Made by a program: the position numbers and the translations under genes. 64,000 nucleotides of DNA from a virus, in IMG/VR virus record IMGVR_UViG_3300020472_000018, positions 11,930-75,929 of that record; one strand, given 5' to 3'. Shown here piece by piece: positions 59,753 through 64,000 of the stretch (position 1 is its first letter; each line of letters begins with the position of its first letter). Under the pieces are notes generated by a model. The model made no database searches, was not told the DNA's origin, and saw only the letters and a program-made list of their open reading frames with translations.

Positions 59753-60072
59753 TGATCTATTCTCAAAAAGCAAACCCTAACGCAACCAATTCTGAAATGG
59801 ACTCAAAACAAATCATTAAGCATCCAAAACTTACTTCAATTCAATATAACGAAATCTCTGAAAGATTTGCTGAATTGGTAGTTGATGGAATGGATATGAA
59901 GTCACTTGTTTCTTATGTTATTGATGATCTCACAGAATATTATGAGAAGTGCGATCAAGAAGAATTGAGAGAACTGGTTGATGAGTATGATGAGGAATTG
60001 TGGGATGAAATGGTTGATGATGTAACCAATGAAACTGTCCTTGATACTAACAATACTGGAGGTAAATACTAA
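59749..60072 (+). CDS. Acidic hypothetical protein
   Basis: VVDGMDMKSL. Confidence 0.6.
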   Translation: MMIYSQKANPNATNSEMDSKQIIKHPKLTSIQYNEISERFAELVVDGMDMKSLVSYVIDDLTEYYEKCDQEELRELVDEYDEELWDEMVDDVTNETVLDTNNTGGKY

Positions 60073-60329
60073 TGGCAAGGATGCTACGATTAACCAATGA
60101 TGAGTTGTATGAGCTTGTCAAATTGTATGACATACTCAGAGATATGGATTTTGAACTAACACCTAAACAAGTTGATGTGCTTGATAGGTTACAAGAAATG
60201 GAATCTGGGTATGATGCAGAAGATGTAGAGAAATGTATCATAGAAACTGATGGTGATTATTCAGAGTGTGTTGATCGTATGGTAGAGACAATGGCAGAAT
60301 ATGATAAGTGGGGGAATATAAAAAGATGA
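60072..60329 (+). CDS. Hypothetical protein
   Basis: GGAGG SD. Confidence 0.6.
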   Translation: MARMLRLTNDELYELVKLYDILRDMDFELTPKQVDVLDRLQEMESGYDAEDVEKCIIETDGDYSECVDRMVETMAEYDKWGNIKR

Positions 60330-60511
60330 AACTAACTCAAGATGAATATGAACTGGTAGTATGGTCATTAGAACAAATGTGGTTAGATTTTTCCCCACAA
60401 TCTGAAAATGATGCTGCTAGTGTAATTGAAAAGTTGAAGGAAGTAACAGAGTTTGTACCAGTTGAGGAACTGCCACACAAACACTACCGTAAGGATATGG
60501 ACTTGCTATAA
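60326..60511 (+). CDS. Hypothetical protein
   Basis: ATGA coupling; ends in the promoter element. Confidence 0.55.
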   Translation: MKLTQDEYELVVWSLEQMWLDFSPQSENDAASVIEKLKEVTEFVPVEELPHKHYRKDMDLL

Positions 60512-60512
60512 T
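60457..60512 (+). promoter_or_regulatory. Palindrome/-10 early-type promoter element
   Basis: ACCAGTT-N4-AACTGCCAC-N30-TATAAT; the TAA is the CDS stop. Confidence 0.7.
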
Positions 60513-60541
60513 AGAAGAGTAAACAACCAAAGGAGATCATT

Positions 60542-60778
60542 ATGTTCAACACTATGGATGATTTTATTGATTATGTTTACTCTTTCTACAATACGAAAGA
60601 TGGCATTTATCCAATGAAGGGCATCACTAAGAGAAAGATTGCTGAAGCATCATGGTTATACCTTCAAATGTGTTCTTATCCTTCATTCCCACATATGAAC
60701 TGGGGTGATGGTGATTCACTTGATAGAGAGCATGTAAGAGATATTCTTATTGATAAGTTCAATCTCACTATTTCTTAA
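60542..60778 (+). CDS. Conserved early phage protein
   Basis: AAGGAG SD; FIDYVYSFY..GIYP..GDSLDREHVRD. Confidence 0.7.
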   Translation: MFNTMDDFIDYVYSFYNTKDGIYPMKGITKRKIAEASWLYLQMCSYPSFPHMNWGDGDSLDREHVRDILIDKFNLTIS

Positions 60779-60779
60779 A

Positions 60780-60971
60780 ATGTCACAAGAAACAAAACTA
60801 ATCTGTGCCCTTACTGAGGGTGAAATCAGTACAATTCTCCATCACTTACAAGTTGCTGCTCATAGATATGGATCAACTTGTGAGATAGAGAGAATCTTTG
60901 AAGAATTAGAAGGTGCTGTTGATGCACACTACGAAACCCTAGAAACCTTTATTCCCACTTTCCACGATTAA
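60780..60971 (+). CDS. Hypothetical protein
   Basis: Packed ORF. Confidence 0.55.
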   Translation: MSQETKLICALTEGEISTILHHLQVAAHRYGSTCEIERIFEELEGAVDAHYETLETFIPTFHD

Positions 60972-60975
60972 TCCA

Positions 60976-61185
60976 ATGACCGAACTATTAAACAGTTACA
61001 CATTTGAAGCAAAGAAAATTGTTTACTATTCAGTAACAGTTGGTGCAGATAATAAAACTGAAGCAAAAAGAATTGCATCTGATTTTGAACATTGCAAACA
61101 TTATGAAGAGGTTGAGTATTGTGAAGGATATGAATATAAGGTAGGTAAACTATTAGAAACAACTGATGAAAAGTGGTTAACATGA
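60976..61185 (+). CDS. Hypothetical protein
   Basis: Packed ORF. Confidence 0.55.
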   Translation: MTELLNSYTFEAKKIVYYSVTVGADNKTEAKRIASDFEHCKHYEEVEYCEGYEYKVGKLLETTDEKWLT

Positions 61186-61193
61186 TACAAGCG

Positions 61194-61222
61194 TTTACAT
61201 AATATAAGAAAAGTGTTATAAT
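61194..61222 (+). promoter_or_regulatory. Sigma70-like promoter
   Basis: TTTACA-N17-TATAAT with TG extension. Confidence 0.65.
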
Positions 61223-61247
61223 TAGTGGTAGCATCCCACCTACCACT

Positions 61248-61478
61248 ATGGAAAAGTCAGTTCTATTAACGGAACCTGAGTATGATCTAATCTTTAATCT
61301 ACTACAGGATCACTTAGAGGATATAATGCAAGATGAATTCTTTCACATTCATAACCACGATGAATCAGAAAAGGCAACTCAACTCACACTTGATGCTTTA
61401 AGATCAATGAAGAATTATAATAATGATTTAACTGCTGATGAGGCATTTTCTGATGGTAGTATTGGATTGACAGCATGA
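61248..61478 (+). CDS. Hypothetical protein
   Basis: Downstream of a promoter. Confidence 0.55.
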   Translation: MEKSVLLTEPEYDLIFNLLQDHLEDIMQDEFFHIHNHDESEKATQLTLDALRSMKNYNNDLTADEAFSDGSIGLTA

Positions 61479-61660
61479 TGGATGATGAGATATTAGAATT
61501 TACTGAAATGTTGAAGGTATTCGCTGAACGTGCCTCAGTTGAAGAATTGAATTATATTAGGAGAGAATCCACTCGTCAATATAATAAATCCTATGCTGCC
61601 TATAAAGCAAAAGAGTTAGGAGTTGATCTTGATTATTATATGAGTGAATTTCAGATATGA
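61475..61660 (+). CDS. Hypothetical protein
   Basis: AKELGVDLDYYMSEF. Confidence 0.6.
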   Translation: MMDDEILEFTEMLKVFAERASVEELNYIRRESTRQYNKSYAAYKAKELGVDLDYYMSEFQI

Positions 61661-62238
61661 GTTTGATAACCAAATTAAGAAACCAAAGAACAGAGACTTA
61701 TCAAGAGTTTAAACAAATGATAAGGACTCCTATGTTTGTATGGGGGCATGAGGGACTAAGCACTCAGGGTAAGAATCCCGCATATTTTTCACATCCATTT
61801 ATCATACGCCCTGATGGTGTAGGATATTCACGTCCAGTGTGTACTCATACTGATTTGGCAACTCAAGTTGTTTTTGAAGTCTTAGGTATGAACGGTTATG
61901 AATTAAATACTATCCATAGGATGAATTTAAATATGACCTATGCTCAAGATGGTAATCAACAAACACCGATACACGTTGATCATGAGTTTCCACATCAAAA
62001 CCTATTGATTTATTTTGATAGTCATAATGAGGGTGAGGGAGGACAAGTGATAGTAGAAGATGAGGAATATTATCCTCAAGAGGATGATGCCATTGTATTT
62101 GGTGGATTACCTCATAGTGTTATTCTACCACATAAAGGATTCAGGACGGCATTAGTAACAACATTCACTGCTGGTTATTCAAGAGACGATGCTGCTAATA
62201 TACCTACCACTATAATGGATGAGAGTATTAAGGTATGA
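61657..62238 (+). CDS. 2OG-Fe(II) oxygenase-like protein
   Basis: RMNLN, PIHVDH.FPH.NLLIY, LPHS, R..LVTT. Confidence 0.7.
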   Translation: MSLITKLRNQRTETYQEFKQMIRTPMFVWGHEGLSTQGKNPAYFSHPFIIRPDGVGYSRPVCTHTDLATQVVFEVLGMNGYELNTIHRMNLNMTYAQDGNQQTPIHVDHEFPHQNLLIYFDSHNEGEGGQVIVEDEEYYPQEDDAIVFGGLPHSVILPHKGFRTALVTTFTAGYSRDDAANIPTTIMDESIKV

Positions 62239-62420
62239 GAATGAATCGTCAAACTGAGTTAAACTTTGCATTAGAGCATATTGCCCATTTAGAGGATTTG
62301 TTTGAGAATAATGCTGATGGGGCATTGTTAGGTGCATCACTCAGGGATATAAAGATAATACTTGAACGACAACAGAAAGCATTGTCAGAAAGAAGAAATC
62401 GTGGTATTATAGATAAATGA
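62235..62420 (+). CDS. Hypothetical protein
   Basis: ATGA coupling. Confidence 0.55.
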   Translation: MRMNRQTELNFALEHIAHLEDLFENNADGALLGASLRDIKIILERQQKALSERRNRGIIDK

Positions 62421-62647
62421 AATACCTTTATATTATTGACTATTGGATTCCATTTCCTCAATCTGAATATGGTGGAGTAGTTAATCTAATTGCCGAGGAT
62501 GATTCTGAAGCATTTGAACTACTAGCAAATGAAGATGGATTTTATGATGGATATACTGATAGGATTATGCCTAATGTTATGAAGGCACAAAAACTCAAAC
62601 TAGCAGATGATTATGAGTCTGCAATCATAGACGCATTTACAACTTAG
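62417..62647 (+). CDS. Conserved cyanophage hypothetical protein
   Basis: YLYIIDYWIPFPQSEYGG. Confidence 0.65.
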   Translation: MKYLYIIDYWIPFPQSEYGGVVNLIAEDDSEAFELLANEDGFYDGYTDRIMPNVMKAQKLKLADDYESAIIDAFTT

Positions 62648-62651
62648 AACT

Positions 62652-62837
62652 ATGGCACGAAAGAAGAAAGAGCAACTTTATCAAGTTGAGAAACGATTAA
62701 AAGATACTGATGACTCAAGTTGGGGTCGTCAAAAAGGTAGACTTACTCAAGAGCAAGCAGAAGCGTTTATTGCTGAAAAATGTGCAATGAGTAATATTTC
62801 TGAAACTACATTTAGAATAGTGAAGGATAATGGATAA
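62652..62837 (+). CDS. Hypothetical protein
   Basis: LYQVE..W..LTQEQA; similar to the next ORF. Confidence 0.55.
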   Translation: MARKKKEQLYQVEKRLKDTDDSSWGRQKGRLTQEQAEAFIAEKCAMSNISETTFRIVKDNG

Positions 62838-62997
62838 ACTCTATAGGATTGAAGAACTTGGAACAGTAGGTTGGACACTCTTAGATGAGAAAGCAATTAA
62901 ACTTACAAAGGATCAAGCAAAGGCACGTCTGGAATCAGCATTGGCAGAAGGGTTAAACCCAAACCGACTAAGAGCGATTCCAGAGAGAAATGTATGA
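62830..62997 (+). CDS. Small hypothetical protein (55 aa, not in ORF track)
   Basis: AAGGA SD; LYRIEE..GW..LTKDQAK..GLNPNRLR. Confidence 0.65.
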   Translation: MDKLYRIEELGTVGWTLLDEKAIKLTKDQAKARLESALAEGLNPNRLRAIPERNV

Positions 62998-63337
62998 ACC
63001 TCAAGTTGATGATTATGTTATTTGGCATAGACCAAATGGTGATGTAGAAGAAGGGTGGGTTTACTTTAAGGGTGACCCACCTGTTCATAAGCAGGGATGG
63101 AATGAGTGCCCTCAGTATATTACCATAGAGTTAGGAACAAAACCAAAGCCCCATTGTGTCTATTCATCTGGCAAACCTATGAGGCATAAAAATATTCATA
63201 TATTATTACTATGTTATAAACAGTGTTGGGGAGAATTAGAATATATCAGAAATAGGAGAGACGAGCTAACGAGTGACAGACCGCCCGTAAGCACTGACAC
63301 CTATAAATCACAAGAATACCGATATAGTGACCCATAA
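62990..63337 (+). CDS. Conserved cyanophage hypothetical protein
   Basis: YEPQVDDYVIW..EGWVYF..YITIE. Confidence 0.65.
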   Translation: MYEPQVDDYVIWHRPNGDVEEGWVYFKGDPPVHKQGWNECPQYITIELGTKPKPHCVYSSGKPMRHKNIHILLLCYKQCWGELEYIRNRRDELTSDRPPVSTDTYKSQEYRYSDP

Positions 63338-63539
63338 TAAGATGAGAGAATTTCTGAGAGTATGGAAGTATGCACTTGGGAGTTTTAATGATGATACTAC
63401 ACACAAATACGATAATGCTATTTGTATTATAAGGACGATTGTAATGCTACAGTTAGTAGTGACCAATTGTTTTATAATAAGTGGAGTAATACGCCATTGG
63501 GACAAGTCTCCAAGTGTAAATATAAGTAATCAAGTTTAA
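63327..63539 (+). CDS. Small membrane protein
   Basis: WKYALGSF.D..T..YDN..TNCFIISGVIRHW. Confidence 0.6.
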   Translation: MTHNKMREFLRVWKYALGSFNDDTTHKYDNAICIIRTIVMLQLVVTNCFIISGVIRHWDKSPSVNISNQV

Positions 63540-63548
63540 CTGAGAGTA

Positions 63549-63995
63549 ATGGCACAGCAAACATTTGACCAGCATATTAGTCAGGCAGGTATATTAACGA
63601 CTGGCAGTGCTACAACACCTTTATCTTTTAGTGATGCTACAAGTACAAGTGCAGGTATTAGTACGACTTGGAGTGTGAGTGGCATAAGAAGTTTAAAGAG
63701 TAATGGGTTGGTAGATAGTGTATCATACAGCGTAGTATGTACTGCTCAGGTAGGCATAGGATCTAATAAAACTTTGAATAGAAAATCATACAGTCACTCT
63801 ATGGAATTGGAAGGGAGTTCACCTACAATAGCACTCGCAGATTTAACTGAGAATGATGTACTGGGATGGGTAAGAACAGGGTTAGGAAGTACAGAGATAC
63901 AGAGGATTGAGGAGAGTATTTTACCACCAAAAACACAGTATGATTATGATGGTAATAGAGAGATAAGAGTAGGTGCAAGTCTTCCTTGGTCTTAG
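63549..63995 (+). CDS. Hypothetical protein (tail-associated-like)
   Basis: LTENDVLGWV..LG..LPW end. Confidence 0.55.
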   Translation: MAQQTFDQHISQAGILTTGSATTPLSFSDATSTSAGISTTWSVSGIRSLKSNGLVDSVSYSVVCTAQVGIGSNKTLNRKSYSHSMELEGSSPTIALADLTENDVLGWVRTGLGSTEIQRIEESILPPKTQYDYDGNREIRVGASLPWS

Positions 63996-64000
63996 AGGGG

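Noticed and set aside
60968-61246. Minus-strand ORFs in the early region (also 54741-54938, 59231-59476, 62249-62461)
   Set aside because: They overlap well-initiated plus-strand genes in a uniformly plus-strand block.

Overview
This 64 kb window is from a T4-like marine cyanomyovirus. It resembles Prochlorococcus phage P-SSM2: AT-rich, with pebS, cp12, pyrE, purN, a halogenase-like gene and many 2OG-Fe(II) oxygenases. Positions 1-36.6 kb are a late structural block holding a cluster of mosaic collagen-like fibre genes with paired small variable proteins, a beta-helix spike, fibre chaperones, long tail fibres, and a giant subtilisin/repeat/cupredoxin-like protein split by a -1 frame break. 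Positions 36.6-41 kb hold a restriction-modification-like island, including the only minus-strand block. Positions 41-53.7 kb carry auxiliary metabolic genes. Positions 53.7-64 kb are an early region of small ORFs punctuated by a fixed-length 56-bp palindrome/-10 element. Best candidates for undescribed systems: (1) a modular plug-and-socket branched collagen fibre set with exchangeable tips and an adjacent prolyl-hydroxylase-like enzyme; (2) a PvuII-like endonuclease plus methyltransferase cassette; (3) a split methyltransferase with a GIY-YIG-like domain and an intervening dioxygenase; (4) a cluster of structured early non-coding RNAs. All calls come from motif recognition by eye and from memory of protein families; no searches were run.
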